Below are positions 42,469 through 52,353 of a stretch of DNA of 64,000 nucleotides, piece by piece (the first letter of the stretch is position 1; every line of letters begins with the position of its first letter). The stretch is taken from positions 1 to 64,000 of the forward strand of contig JAXMNT010000024.1 in assembly GCA_034670305.1 (NCBI GenBank), given 5' to 3'. This DNA is from Deltaproteobacteria bacterium (GTDB taxonomy: Bacteria; Myxococcota_A; Polyangia; Polyangiales; Houyiibacteriaceae). The position numbers and the translations under genes were made by a program. Below the pieces are notes generated by a model. That model was not told where the DNA came from. It made no database searches and saw nothing but the letters and a program-made list of their open reading frames with translations.

Positions 42469-43305
42469 GTGAAGCCTCTCTTCGTCGTCAGCGATTCGAC
42501 GGGTGAGACTGCCGAGCGGGTGGTTCGCGCCTCCCTGCTGCAGTTTCCCGATCACCGCGTTCGGCTGAGGCTCTTCACGCGCATTCGTGACGAAGCCGCC
42601 ATTGGCGGGGTCATGGACAAAGCCGCAGAGGTCGGTGCGATGGTGGTGTTCACCCTCGTGCGGCCGGAACTGCGCGACTTCATGTTCGCGGCGGGCCGCG
42701 AGCGTGGGGTGGAGACGGTCGATGTGATCGGCTCGCTCATCCACAAGGTGGCGAGTTTTCTCGAAGCCGACCCGCTCAACATCCCCACCGCGCAGATGTC
42801 GCTCTCGGAGGAGTACTTCCGCCGGGTCGAGGCGATCGAGTTCGCGGTCAAGAGCGACGACGGCAAGGAGCCCCGCAACCTGCGCAAGGCCGACCTCGTC
42901 CTCACCGGCGTGAGCCGCACCAGCAAGACGCCGCTCTCGACGTACTTGGCAGGACGTGGGCTCAAGGTGGCCAACATGCCGCTGGTGATGGGCGTCGAGC
43001 CGCCCGAAGAGCTCTACCAGGTGCCCGGCCACAAGGTCATCGCGCTGACGATCGACATCGAGCTGCTCCTCGAGATCCGCAAGCAGCGTCTGTCCCAGCT
43101 CGGCATGCCCACCGACGCCAACTACGGCATGCGCGAGCACGTGCGCGCCGAGCTCGAGTTCGCCCACAACATCTTCAAGGCGAACCCCGAGTGGATCATC
43201 ATCAACGTGAGCAACCGGGCGATCGAAGAGACCGCGACCATCATCCTGGAGTCCTACAAGGACCGACAGGACGACGGCTCCTGGGCCCCGATCCCCGTCG
43301 TCTGA
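42469..43305 (+). CDS. Pyruvate,phosphate/water dikinase regulatory protein (DUF299 kinase/pyrophosphorylase)
   Basis: [44 protein letters not shown]. Confidence 0.92.
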   Translation: MKPLFVVSDSTGETAERVVRASLLQFPDHRVRLRLFTRIRDEAAIGGVMDKAAEVGAMVVFTLVRPELRDFMFAAGRERGVETVDVIGSLIHKVASFLEADPLNIPTAQMSLSEEYFRRVEAIEFAVKSDDGKEPRNLRKADLVLTGVSRTSKTPLSTYLAGRGLKVANMPLVMGVEPPEELYQVPGHKVIALTIDIELLLEIRKQRLSQLGMPTDANYGMREHVRAELEFAHNIFKANPEWIIINVSNRAIEETATIILESYKDRQDDGSWAPIPVV

Positions 43306-43329
43306 CCGCGATCCCCATCGTCTGACGGC

Positions 43330-43548
43330 GCCGCTGACTGCGGCTGCCGCTGAGTCTGCCGCTGCCGCTGAGTCTGCCGCCGCTGAGTCTGCCGCTGCCG
43401 CTGCCGCTGAGTCTGCCGCAGAGTCTGCCGCTGCCGCTGAGTCTGCCGCTGCCGCTGAGTCTGGCGCCGCCGCTGAGTCTGCCCCTGCCCTGAGTCTGCC
43501 GCTGCCGCTGAGCCTGCCGCTGCCGCTGCCGCTGAGTCTGCCGCTGCC
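43330..43548. repeat. Imperfect tandem array (GAGTCT GCCGCT GCCGCT)n, locus R9
   Basis: About 12 units built from hexamers/trimers between convergent genes, abutting the stop at 43548. Confidence 0.9.
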
Positions 43549-44057
43549 TACGTCTTCTTGACGTACGCGTCGCCGACGACCGTCACGAACTGCGACAAGA
43601 TCCCATCGGCGACCCGAAGCCGGCGACTCAGTTCGCGCGCCACGTTCATGATCAGCAGCGAGTACGACTTCAGATCGCGCCGGTAGAAGAGGCGTTCGAC
43701 GTGTTCGCTCGTGATCCGCACGAGGATGGTCGGCGCGACCGCCCGGACGGTGGCCGAGCGCGGCTGCACGTCGAGGATCGACATCTCGCCGAACCAATCG
43801 CCGGGTCCAAAGAGCGCCACTCGGAACTCGCCGCCGCGCGGTCCCTGTTTGACCACCTCGAGCTCGCCGCCGATGACGACGAACATCTCGCGGGAGGCGT
43901 CGCCTTCTTCGACGACCACGGAGCCGACTTCGGCGTGCATGGTCGGCAGTTCGCGGGAGAGCAGGGCGAGCGTCTGGTCGTCCAGGCCGCCAAACAGCCC
44001 GACGTCGCGGAGCATGTCCGCCGTGATTCGAGGTCCCGGGCGCTCGTCTTCGGTCAT
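43548..44057 (-). CDS. Stand-alone cyclic-nucleotide-binding domain protein
   Basis: LFGGL, EEGD...MFVV..G.LEV, GDWFGEMS...PRSATV; no HTH. Confidence 0.88.
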   Translation of the reverse strand: MTEDERPGPRITADMLRDVGLFGGLDDQTLALLSRELPTMHAEVGSVVVEEGDASREMFVVIGGELEVVKQGPRGGEFRVALFGPGDWFGEMSILDVQPRSATVRAVAPTILVRITSEHVERLFYRRDLKSYSLLIMNVARELSRRLRVADGILSQFVTVVGDAYVKKT

Positions 44058-44284
44058 GCCAGCGGTGTAGCACAACGGCCGACCGCGGAGGAAGACCACG
44101 CGGCGAAGGGTGCCGTCCCCTCATAAGCACTTCGTGAAGTGCTTATGCCGGGTGCGCTGGTTTTCTTGGTGTGGGGACGGGGGGTCTCTATCCTGGTCCC
44201 ATACTCTGCTCGTGGTGCGCGCCTGGTCGTGTGCGTCGAGGGGAGGGAAGGGTTCTTTCTGACGTGTCTTTCCGTGGCCAAGCC

Positions 44285-46609
44285 ATGGACCTCCCTCGGC
44301 CACTGGGGCCGTTCACCCTGCTGCGCCGTTTGGCGGTGGGCGGCATGGCGGAGGTGTACGTCGCGAAGACCAAGGGCATCGGCGGCTTCGAGAAGCTCGT
44401 CGCGATCAAGGTCATCCACCCGCGCTTCTCGGAGGACGACCATTTCGTTCAGATGCTGGTCGAAGAGGCCAAACTCTCGGTCCTGCTGACCCACGCGAAC
44501 ATCGCGCAGACCTTCGATCTCGGCTGCATCGACGGCACCTACTTCATCGTGATGGAGTTCATCGAAGGCGCGGATGCGTACAAGCTGCTCAAGCGCATCG
44601 ACGCGCGCCCCGCGCGCATCCCGCTCGATCTGTGCGCGTACGTCGTCTCCGAGGTCTGCCAGGGCCTCGACTACGCGCACCGCAAACGCGACATGAGCGG
44701 CGTGCCGCTCGACATCGTGCATCGGGACATCTCGCCTCAGAACATCCTGCTCAGCTTCGCGGGCGAGGTGAAGATCGTCGACTTCGGGATCGCCAAGGCC
44801 GCCATGCGAAGCGGCCAGACCGAGGTGGGGGTGATCAAGGGCAAGTACTACTACATGTCCCCGGAGCAGGCGTGGGCCGACCCCGTCGATCACAGCAGCG
44901 ACATCTTTTCGCTCGGCATCGTGCTGCACGAGCTGTTGACCGGGAAGATGTTGTACGACGAGGACAACCTGCCGCGACTGCTCGACCGCGTGCGCAAGGC
45001 CGACATCGAACCGCCGTCCCGGCAGCGGACCGACATCCCACCGGAGCTCGATGCGATCGTCATGAAGGCGCTCGCGAAGTACCCGAACGAACGCTTCGGG
45101 AGCGCGCACGACTTCGGTCAGGCCCTCACGCGGTTTCTCTACCAGTTCCGCCCCTCGTTCACGCCCGCGCGCCTCGCGGGCATGATGGGACAGCTCTTCC
45201 CCAGCGAGATCGCGTCGTCCACCGGCAGCGTGCATCTGCCGAGCGGGGAGCAGGTCCTCTCCAGCATCTCCGCCGATCCGGAGCCACCTCTGAAGACCGA
45301 GTCGGGGGCGAAGACCCTCGATCCGATGAAGCCGGAAGAGTTTCGTCCCGATCCGCAAAAGAGTGTGATCTTCGACCTCGGCGAGTTCGGCGACGAGACC
45401 ACCAGCCGCGAGGTGCCGGCGGGGCTTCTGCCGAAGAAGAAGACGAAGTCGGGGCGGCGTCCGATGCCTCCCGAGGTCGACGACGAGGGCGACGACGACG
45501 AGACCATCGTCGCCTCCGCGCGCTGGAAAGAAGCGGCGTTGGTCCCGACCGGCGGTGCGCCACCTCCCCGTCCACCCCCACCGGGCATCGGCGGCGTGCC
45601 GGACCTCAGTCCCGCCAAACCGGACGATGGCTGGGAGGACGCGACGGTCGTCGATGCCGACGGCGACATCCTCGCGCGCATGCGCGAGATGCTCGAGCGC
45701 AAGGTGGCGCGCGAACGAAAGTCTCCCTCCAGCGACAAGCCGCTTCCGAGCCCGCCGCTCTCCGCCCAGGAACGGGAAGCACGCGACCGAGGCCTGCCGC
45801 CGCCGCCGCACCCGCCAGCTGCGCCGCCGCCACCGCCGCCCCGCGCGCTCGCCGAGGTGCCCGGCACGCTGCCCTTGATGGACGGCGCCACCGCCGAGCT
45901 CCAGCCTTCGTGGCCCCCGGCGATCGCGAGCCACGCGCCGGGCATTCCGGATCTCTCGACCGGCACGTGGGAACCGGGGTCGGAGCCGGGCGCACCGGGC
46001 ATGGGCGGGCCGGGCGTGCCGCCTGCGTTCAGTGCGCCCGCAGCGCTCGCCGACACCTACGAGATGAAAGCCATCCCGGCTGCGAAGGGGTCCAAGGTCT
46101 TCTGGATCTTCGCGACGGTTCTGTCTTTGGCGATCGTGGTGGGGGCCGCGGCGGGTTACTACGTCCGTTCGAACGCGGTGCCGCCGTTGACGCTCACCAT
46201 CTCTTCGAGGCCTTCGGGCGCCTCGCTCGAACTGAACGGGCGACCGCTCGATTCGGTCACGCCGACCAGGCTCGGGGACGTGGAGGCCGGCACGTACGAA
46301 GTGCGGGCGTTCCTCGAGGGCTACGAATCCGAGACACGCACGGTGGCGGTGACGACCGGCCCGGTCGAAGTCGTGCTCGGACTGACGCCGCAGCGGCGGG
46401 ACCTCATCCTCGACTCGCAGCCGAGTGGGCTCGAGGTCTCGGTGGATGGCGTCTCGAGAGGGCGGACACCGACCCGACTGGCTGGGCTCCCGCTCGGCCG
46501 CGCGATCCACGTCGAGGTCCGCCTCGACCGCACGCGGGTGGTGGCGCGGGACATCGACGTCACCGAAGACCTCCCCGAGACCCTGACCCTCTCGGAACTC
46601 TCGAACTAG
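44285..46609 (+). CDS. Hanks-type Ser/Thr protein kinase with TM helix and PEGA domains
   Basis: GGMAEVY, VAIK, HRDISPQN, DFG, YMSPEQ; Pro-rich linker; TM; S.PSGA/S.PSGL..G.TP PEGA-like repeats. Confidence 0.92.
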   Translation: MDLPRPLGPFTLLRRLAVGGMAEVYVAKTKGIGGFEKLVAIKVIHPRFSEDDHFVQMLVEEAKLSVLLTHANIAQTFDLGCIDGTYFIVMEFIEGADAYKLLKRIDARPARIPLDLCAYVVSEVCQGLDYAHRKRDMSGVPLDIVHRDISPQNILLSFAGEVKIVDFGIAKAAMRSGQTEVGVIKGKYYYMSPEQAWADPVDHSSDIFSLGIVLHELLTGKMLYDEDNLPRLLDRVRKADIEPPSRQRTDIPPELDAIVMKALAKYPNERFGSAHDFGQALTRFLYQFRPSFTPARLAGMMGQLFPSEIASSTGSVHLPSGEQVLSSISADPEPPLKTESGAKTLDPMKPEEFRPDPQKSVIFDLGEFGDETTSREVPAGLLPKKKTKSGRRPMPPEVDDEGDDDETIVASARWKEAALVPTGGAPPPRPPPPGIGGVPDLSPAKPDDGWEDATVVDADGDILARMREMLERKVARERKSPSSDKPLPSPPLSAQEREARDRGLPPPPHPPAAPPPPPPRALAEVPGTLPLMDGATAELQPSWPPAIASHAPGIPDLSTGTWEPGSEPGAPGMGGPGVPPAFSAPAALADTYEMKAIPAAKGSKVFWIFATVLSLAIVVGAAAGYYVRSNAVPPLTLTISSRPSGASLELNGRPLDSVTPTRLGDVEAGTYEVRAFLEGYESETRTVAVTTGPVEVVLGLTPQRRDLILDSQPSGLEVSVDGVSRGRTPTRLAGLPLGRAIHVEVRLDRTRVVARDIDVTEDLPETLTLSELSN

Positions 46610-46616
46610 ATCGCAG

Positions 46617-47450
46617 TCAGTCGAGCACGCGGTTGTCGATGAGGCGCGTGGTTCCGATGTGGGCGGCGACCAGCACCACGCAGCCGGGGCCGTCGCCGTA
46701 GGGCTGGAGCGTTTGCGGATCCACGGCTTCGACGTAGTCCACCCGGTCGGCTGCGGCTTCGATGGGTTCGAGCGCCGCGCGTTGCAGCGCGTTCCGGTCG
46801 CGGATGCCTTCGACCCACAACGACTCGGCCGCGGCCAGACCTCGTGAGAGGGAGAGGGCGCGTGCGCGTTCGTCGGGCGAGAGGTAGCGGTTGCGCGACG
46901 AGAGCGCGAGGCCGTCGTCTTCCCGGACGATTGGACAGCCGACGATCTCGATGGGCAGGTTCAGGTCGCGGGCCATGCGCGTCACGATCTGGAGCTGCTG
47001 GTAGTCCTTCTGTCCGAAATACGCGGTGCTCTTGCCCACCATGCCGAAGAGTTTGGCGACGATGGTGGTCATGCCGTCGAAGTGGCCGGGGCGGTGCACG
47101 CCTTCCAGTCGGTCGGTCAGCCCGCCCACCCGGACCTGGCTCGAGAAACCGTCCGGGAACACCGCGTCGTGCGCGGGGGCGAAGAGCACGTCGACGCCGT
47201 GGGAGGCGCAGACCGCGCGGTCTGCGTCGAGCGTGCGCGGGTAGCGGTCGAGATCTTCTCCTTCGCCGAACTGGAGCGGGTTGACGAAGACACTGACCAC
47301 GCAGAACGAGTCCGGCGCGGCCGCATCCATCAACGACGCGTGGCCGGCGTGAAGCGCGCCCATCGTCGGGACGAGCGACACCGTCCGCCCCTCTCGGCGC
47401 GCGCCCTCGCACAGGTCCCAGAGGACCGACAACTCCGCGACGTCACGCAC
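46617..47450 (-). CDS. panC: Pantoate-beta-alanine ligase
   Basis: PTMGALHAGH, FVNPLQF, RPGHF.G, FGQKDYQQ, LALSSRN, RLIDN; start approximate. Confidence 0.95.
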   Translation of the reverse strand: MRDVAELSVLWDLCEGARREGRTVSLVPTMGALHAGHASLMDAAAPDSFCVVSVFVNPLQFGEGEDLDRYPRTLDADRAVCASHGVDVLFAPAHDAVFPDGFSSQVRVGGLTDRLEGVHRPGHFDGMTTIVAKLFGMVGKSTAYFGQKDYQQLQIVTRMARDLNLPIEIVGCPIVREDDGLALSSRNRYLSPDERARALSLSRGLAAAESLWVEGIRDRNALQRAALEPIEAAADRVDYVEAVDPQTLQPYGDGPGCVVLVAAHIGTTRLIDNRVLD

Positions 47451-47460
47451 GGCGACGACG

Positions 47461-48372
47461 TCAGGCTTGGGGGCCGTAGCCGTGTGCGGGAAGCGGCGGC
47501 TCGTTGTTCTCGGAGCGGGGTGCTTCGCCTTCACGGACCAATCCAAAACTGTGCGCTTCGGTGGGGAACACGCCGGCGCGCACTTCTTCGATGTACTGCG
47601 CGGTCGCCTCTTTGCCCTGCTCGAAGAACTCCGCGTAGCGTTTGACGAACTTCGGTCGCAGGTCCGGGGTGAGGCCGAGCAGATCGTAACAGACGAGCAC
47701 CTGGCCATCGCAGTGCGGGCCGGCGCCGATGCCGATGGTCGGGATCGAGAGCAGCTTGGTGATGCGTTCGGCCAGATCGGTCGGCACCCCTTCGAGCACC
47801 AACGCGAAGGCACCGGCGTCTGCCACAGCAAGCGCGTCGTCGATGACGCGTTCGGCGGCTTCTTCGGTCTTGCCCTGCACCCGGAACCCGCCCATCGCGT
47901 GGACCGACTGCGGCGTGAGCCCGACGTGCGCCATCACCGGGATGCCCGCGTCGACGATGCGCCGAATGGTCGGCGCGGCGCTGCGGCCGCCTTCGAGTTT
48001 CACCGAGTGGGCGCCGCCTTCGGAGAGAAAGCGGCCGGCGTTGCGGAGCGCGTCGCTTTCCGAGACCTGGTGGCTCAGAAAGGGCATGTCGCCGACGATG
48101 TGGGCGCGTCCCCGACCGCTGCGGATGCCACGCGCCACGGCGCGGCAGTGGTAGATGACCTCGTCGACGGTGACGCCGAGGGTGCTGTCTTGCCCCTGCA
48201 CCACCATGCCGAGCGAGTCGCCCACGAGCAGGATGTCGACTCCCGCGTCGTCGAACATGCGCGCGAAGGTCGCGTCGTACGCGGTCACCATCGTGAGGCG
48301 TTCGTGCTTCTGCTTCATGCGCAGAATGCGCGGAACGGTGACGGGCCGGCTGGAAGCCAGTTCGCGGGTCAT
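47461..48372 (-). CDS. panB: 3-methyl-2-oxobutanoate hydroxymethyltransferase
   Basis: TAYD, LVGDSLG, DMPF, VKLEGG, HVGLTPQ, IGIGAG..CDGQVLV. Confidence 0.96.
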   Translation of the reverse strand: MTRELASSRPVTVPRILRMKQKHERLTMVTAYDATFARMFDDAGVDILLVGDSLGMVVQGQDSTLGVTVDEVIYHCRAVARGIRSGRGRAHIVGDMPFLSHQVSESDALRNAGRFLSEGGAHSVKLEGGRSAAPTIRRIVDAGIPVMAHVGLTPQSVHAMGGFRVQGKTEEAAERVIDDALAVADAGAFALVLEGVPTDLAERITKLLSIPTIGIGAGPHCDGQVLVCYDLLGLTPDLRPKFVKRYAEFFEQGKEATAQYIEEVRAGVFPTEAHSFGLVREGEAPRSENNEPPLPAHGYGPQA

Positions 48373-48479
48373 GGAGTGCTTTCCATCTTCGTGGTCGCGG
48401 CCCAGCAGATTCCGGGTCCACGCCGTCGGACGTGCCCTCACTCTAACCAGGCCCACAGAACACGCCAAGGAGAATTCGG

Positions 48480-48884
48480 CTACTCCGCCTCCGGCCGGAT
48501 CTTCCAAAGCCCCGCCCACGCGATCGGCCCCGCCATCGCCATCACCCCCCACCGAACGAGCAACACAGTACGCGCATCGCCGACGTCGTCGGTGCCCATC
48601 GAGGCGAGCGCGACCGCCACCTGTCCTTCCAGCAACGTCTCCAAGAACCCGAGCGTCAGCCACAGGGTGGCGCCCACGAATCCGAGGGCAGCGCTCGAGA
48701 CCGCCCACACGGTCAGGCGCACCTCGGACCCGTCCGCGCCTTGTCGCATCGCTACCAAGAGCACACCCACGAACGCCACCGGTGCCAGCGCGACCCCCCA
48801 CGAGAGAAGGAACGGGCCGAGGGTGATGCCGGCGGCCACCCCCACGCTCAGGCTGAGTGGGACGACGAGCGGAGCAAGTCTCAT
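48480..48884 (-). CDS. Hypothetical membrane protein
   Basis: Four hydrophobic segments; co-oriented with neighbours. Confidence 0.55.
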   Translation of the reverse strand: MRLAPLVVPLSLSVGVAAGITLGPFLLSWGVALAPVAFVGVLLVAMRQGADGSEVRLTVWAVSSAALGFVGATLWLTLGFLETLLEGQVAVALASMGTDDVGDARTVLLVRWGVMAMAGPIAWAGLWKIRPEAE

Positions 48885-48899
48885 CGGGCTACTGGCCGC

Positions 48900-50174
48900 T
48901 CACGCGTCGGCGAGTTTGGCGAGCCGGCCTTCGATGGCGATTCGAAGATCCGAATCGTCGTCCTCGGGCAACAGCGCCAGGGCGCGCTTCAACATGCGCT
49001 TCGCTTCGTCGTCGAGGTTCAGCTCCATGAGGAGGCGGCCCGCTTCCGCGTGGTACTGCGCGTGGTTCGCGCGGTCCGAGCCACGGGTGAGCGCGGCAAA
49101 AAGATCCGCCGCGCGGTCCGGGGCGCCGACCTTCTCGTGGAGCGCGGCGAGTGGCAGCACGGTGCTGGGCGGAAAATCGAGCACCTTGCGTTCGGTCATG
49201 AACGACACCACCCGCTCGAGTTGCCCAATCGCTTCTTCGTCGCGTTCCACCGCCGCGTACGCGAGGCCGAGCTCTTGCAACATCCACCAGTCCGGTCGGA
49301 TGTCGTCCATGAAAAGCGAACCGGCTTCGAGCACTTCCACCGCTTCTTCGGCCATCTCGTGTTCGAGCAAGAACCGCCCCATCGCCAGGTAGGGGCGGTG
49401 GTCGTCGTCGAACGTCTCGACCGCTTCTTCGAAGAAGCCCATCGCCTCTTCGAACTCACCGTCCGCATCCGCGATGCGCGCGAGCTCGATGTACGCGCCG
49501 AGCAACGGCTCGCCGACCTCGTCGTCTTCGAGCTGATCGATGAACTCGATCAGCGCGTCGCGTCCGCCTTCGTTGTCTTCGGTCAGGAGACGCACGCGGC
49601 CGATTTCGAGCCAGAGGTACTTCGGCGGCGTCTCTTCGTCTTCGAGGGCTTCGGCGAGGATGGCTTCGAGCAAGGGTTTGGCGGCTTCGGAGTCGCCTTT
49701 GTGCACCAAGAGGATCGCGTCGGAGAACGCGTCGCCGTAGCCTTCGTACTCATCGGCTTGGTCAGGCTCCCAGCTGCCGGACACCGCGAGCAGGATCTCC
49801 TCGTCGGTCACCTCGGCGTCGGCCGCCGCTTCGACGGCTTCTTCGCGCTCGAGTTCGTCCAGGATGCTCTGCGCTTCCGCCCGCACCTTCGCGCTCGCGA
49901 CCACCGTCAGCGCCCCCGCGAGTTCTTCGCGGGCCATCTCCTCGTCGTCCTGGTCCAGAAGCCGCTCGGCTTCGGCGATGCGACTGAGTGCGATCTCGTC
50001 GCAGGCGGCGTCGATGCGCTCGGCGATGGTGGCCTTCTCGGATTCTTCCGCCCGATCGAGCGCGCGTTCGAAGGCGAGCTTGGCCTCTCCGAACCGGCGC
50101 TGCTCGAAGAGCGACTCGCCTTCGCGAAGCGGACCATCGCTCTTGCCGCCGAACAGCTTGCCGAACAATCCCAT
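48900..50174 (-). CDS. Acidic TPR-repeat protein
   Basis: MGLFGKLFGG start; repeated helical A..F..A / LG..Y patterns. Confidence 0.75.
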   Translation of the reverse strand: MGLFGKLFGGKSDGPLREGESLFEQRRFGEAKLAFERALDRAEESEKATIAERIDAACDEIALSRIAEAERLLDQDDEEMAREELAGALTVVASAKVRAEAQSILDELEREEAVEAAADAEVTDEEILLAVSGSWEPDQADEYEGYGDAFSDAILLVHKGDSEAAKPLLEAILAEALEDEETPPKYLWLEIGRVRLLTEDNEGGRDALIEFIDQLEDDEVGEPLLGAYIELARIADADGEFEEAMGFFEEAVETFDDDHRPYLAMGRFLLEHEMAEEAVEVLEAGSLFMDDIRPDWWMLQELGLAYAAVERDEEAIGQLERVVSFMTERKVLDFPPSTVLPLAALHEKVGAPDRAADLFAALTRGSDRANHAQYHAEAGRLLMELNLDDEAKRMLKRALALLPEDDDSDLRIAIEGRLAKLADA

Positions 50175-51295
50175 TACTTCTTGTCCTTCTTGTCGAGACG
50201 CTGCTTGGCGGCGGCCCGCACGGGACCGGCGACCCCGCGGCCCTTGGTGAGCAGCTTCAGATCGGCGGGGCGCATGTGGGAGATGAACTTCAGCGACAGA
50301 CCCACGGGGGTCTTCGGGTTGAAGACCAGCGCGCGCTTGATGCCGTAGGTGCGGATCCACTCTTTGCGCTGCCCGATCGCACGCAGGATGGAGATGCTGA
50401 TCTCTTTGCTGTGGGCGATCGCGGCGGCTTCCGCGGCGGTCATGGTCGGGCTCGTGATCGCGGCGTTGGAGACCATCTTGTTGGGATCCCGCACGAGCAG
50501 CGAGCGGGCCGCGGCGTCGCCCACCATGGCGAGGCGAAGTTTGTCCGAGAGGCTCATGTCCCGGATCCGGAAGCTGAGCGGCTTGAACTTGTCCTTGAGT
50601 TCCTCGTTGCCGTCGACGGGGTCTACGTCGATGGCGGCTTCGTCGAGTTCCTCCGCGAGGACCTCCGAGAAGGCGAGGTCGCTCGGAAGCGGCTCGTCGG
50701 TCGGCTCGGGGATGAGCTGTCCCTGAATCGCTTCCACGTGTGCGTGGAACGAGGGGATGCCGTGCAGCTCCACGCCGTGTCGTGCACACAGCTCGATCAG
50801 CCGATCGGCGGTCGACATCCGGGTGTGTTTGTTCTTGTAGAGCGCTTCCACGATCAACGGCGCGCCGATGAGCCGCTGCTGGTTGACCGCGATGAGTTCA
50901 CTCATGCGTTCGCTGCAGACGCGCGCGATGCGGGCCAGGGTGCTGTTCGCGGTGTTCGGGTTCTGGATGAGCCGTTCGAGGACGGTGTCTTTGGCGCGGA
51001 ACGTGTCCGCGAGCGCGTCGATCACCGCGGTGTGCAGGTCGTTCGCCTCGCACGCGGGCAAGAGCACCGCGTCGGGCAGCCCAGCCAAGCTCTCCGTCGC
51101 GGCCCGACCGACCATGTCGTCGTCGTCCGCGCTGAGCTGACAGAGCACCGTCACGAGGGCCGCGCCCTTGACCGGGACCAAACCCTTGGCCGCCATCATC
51201 TTGGCAGGCGTCGGCGCGTTCGGATCTGCGAACCGCCGGATGCTCTCGGGCAGGTCTTCCTTGGCGAGGGGGAGCGGTGGCGCGTTCTCGATCAT
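50174..51295 (-). CDS. Conserved hypothetical helical-repeat protein
   Basis: NP.T motifs, LLVRDPNKMV, W..Y.IK.ALV.NPKTP; stop overlaps TPR gene start. Confidence 0.7.
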   Translation of the reverse strand: MIENAPPLPLAKEDLPESIRRFADPNAPTPAKMMAAKGLVPVKGAALVTVLCQLSADDDDMVGRAATESLAGLPDAVLLPACEANDLHTAVIDALADTFRAKDTVLERLIQNPNTANSTLARIARVCSERMSELIAVNQQRLIGAPLIVEALYKNKHTRMSTADRLIELCARHGVELHGIPSFHAHVEAIQGQLIPEPTDEPLPSDLAFSEVLAEELDEAAIDVDPVDGNEELKDKFKPLSFRIRDMSLSDKLRLAMVGDAAARSLLVRDPNKMVSNAAITSPTMTAAEAAAIAHSKEISISILRAIGQRKEWIRTYGIKRALVFNPKTPVGLSLKFISHMRPADLKLLTKGRGVAGPVRAAAKQRLDKKDKK

Positions 51296-51360
51296 GCGTC
51301 CATGGGCATATCGACCCGCTCCAGGCAGGTCAACGCTTACCGTTCCGGACTGGCGGCCTA

Positions 51361-52149
51361 TTACCGGCCGTGGAACTCCGGGGTGCGCTTCTCCAGCAGG
51401 GCCGCCATGCCTTCCTTCGCGTCGTCCGTGGCGAGCGTCTCGGCCTGAAACCCTGCTTCGATCCGAGCGGCTGCGGCCGGATCCCAGTCGAGGCCATCGT
51501 AGAGCGTCTTCTTGATGAGCCGCACCGCCAGCGGGGCATTGGCGGCGATGGTGGCGGCCAGTGCGCGCGTGTGCGGCAGGACCTCGGCCGCGGGGAGGGC
51601 GCGGCTCACGAGGCCCATCGCCGCCGCTTCGGTGCCACTCACCAAGGCGCCGGTGAAGAGCATCTCGGCCGCCCGGGAGACCCCCACCAGCCGAGGCAAG
51701 ATGTAGCTGATCGCCATCCCGGAGCTCAGACCGAGCCGGGCGAAGTTCGCGCCGTACTTCGAGTCTGCGGCGGCGATGCGGACGTCGCACATCAGGGAGA
51801 GCCCGAAGCCGCCGCCGACCGCGTGCCCGTTGAGGGCGCCGAGCACGGGCACCTCGAGGGTCCGCAGACTCAGGAACGGGGCGTACATGGCGAAACTGCG
51901 CTCGTGGGGCAGACCGGCGCTGTCGAGCTGGACGACGGACTTGAAGTCGGCCCCGGCGCTGAAGCAGTGTCCTTCGCCGCGCACGACGAGACACCGCAGG
52001 CCCGGGTCGGCCTTGGCCGCCGTCACCGCCTCGCCGAAGGCTTCGAGCAGCTCCGGGGTCATCGAGTTGCGGTTGTCGGGGCGGTCGAGGACGATCTCGC
52101 CCACGTGGGGATCGGCCCCGGGTTCGTAGCGAACGGCCGGCGTGTGCAT
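51361..52149 (-). CDS. Enoyl-CoA hydratase/isomerase (crotonase) family
   Basis: LDRPD.RN, FSAGAD, NGHAVGGG, D.KEG..A..EKR.P.F.G. Confidence 0.92.
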   Translation of the reverse strand: MHTPAVRYEPGADPHVGEIVLDRPDNRNSMTPELLEAFGEAVTAAKADPGLRCLVVRGEGHCFSAGADFKSVVQLDSAGLPHERSFAMYAPFLSLRTLEVPVLGALNGHAVGGGFGLSLMCDVRIAAADSKYGANFARLGLSSGMAISYILPRLVGVSRAAEMLFTGALVSGTEAAAMGLVSRALPAAEVLPHTRALAATIAANAPLAVRLIKKTLYDGLDWDPAAAARIEAGFQAETLATDDAKEGMAALLEKRTPEFHGR

Positions 52150-52353
52150 GGTGCGGGTATGGCACAAAGGTCCACGGTTGGCTGCCGGGTCGCTGTCTTC
52201 GCGAGGTCGCGGGGAGGGTGACGAAAGTCACGCGCGAATGGTCTGCCGCGACGCGTGAGCGAGCGGGGCACGAGTGCTTGCTCGGTCGGTCCGGTACGAT
52301 AGGGTGTGGGCGTATGTCGGACTGGGGGGTTCTCCTCGTCTGACCCGAGGAGA

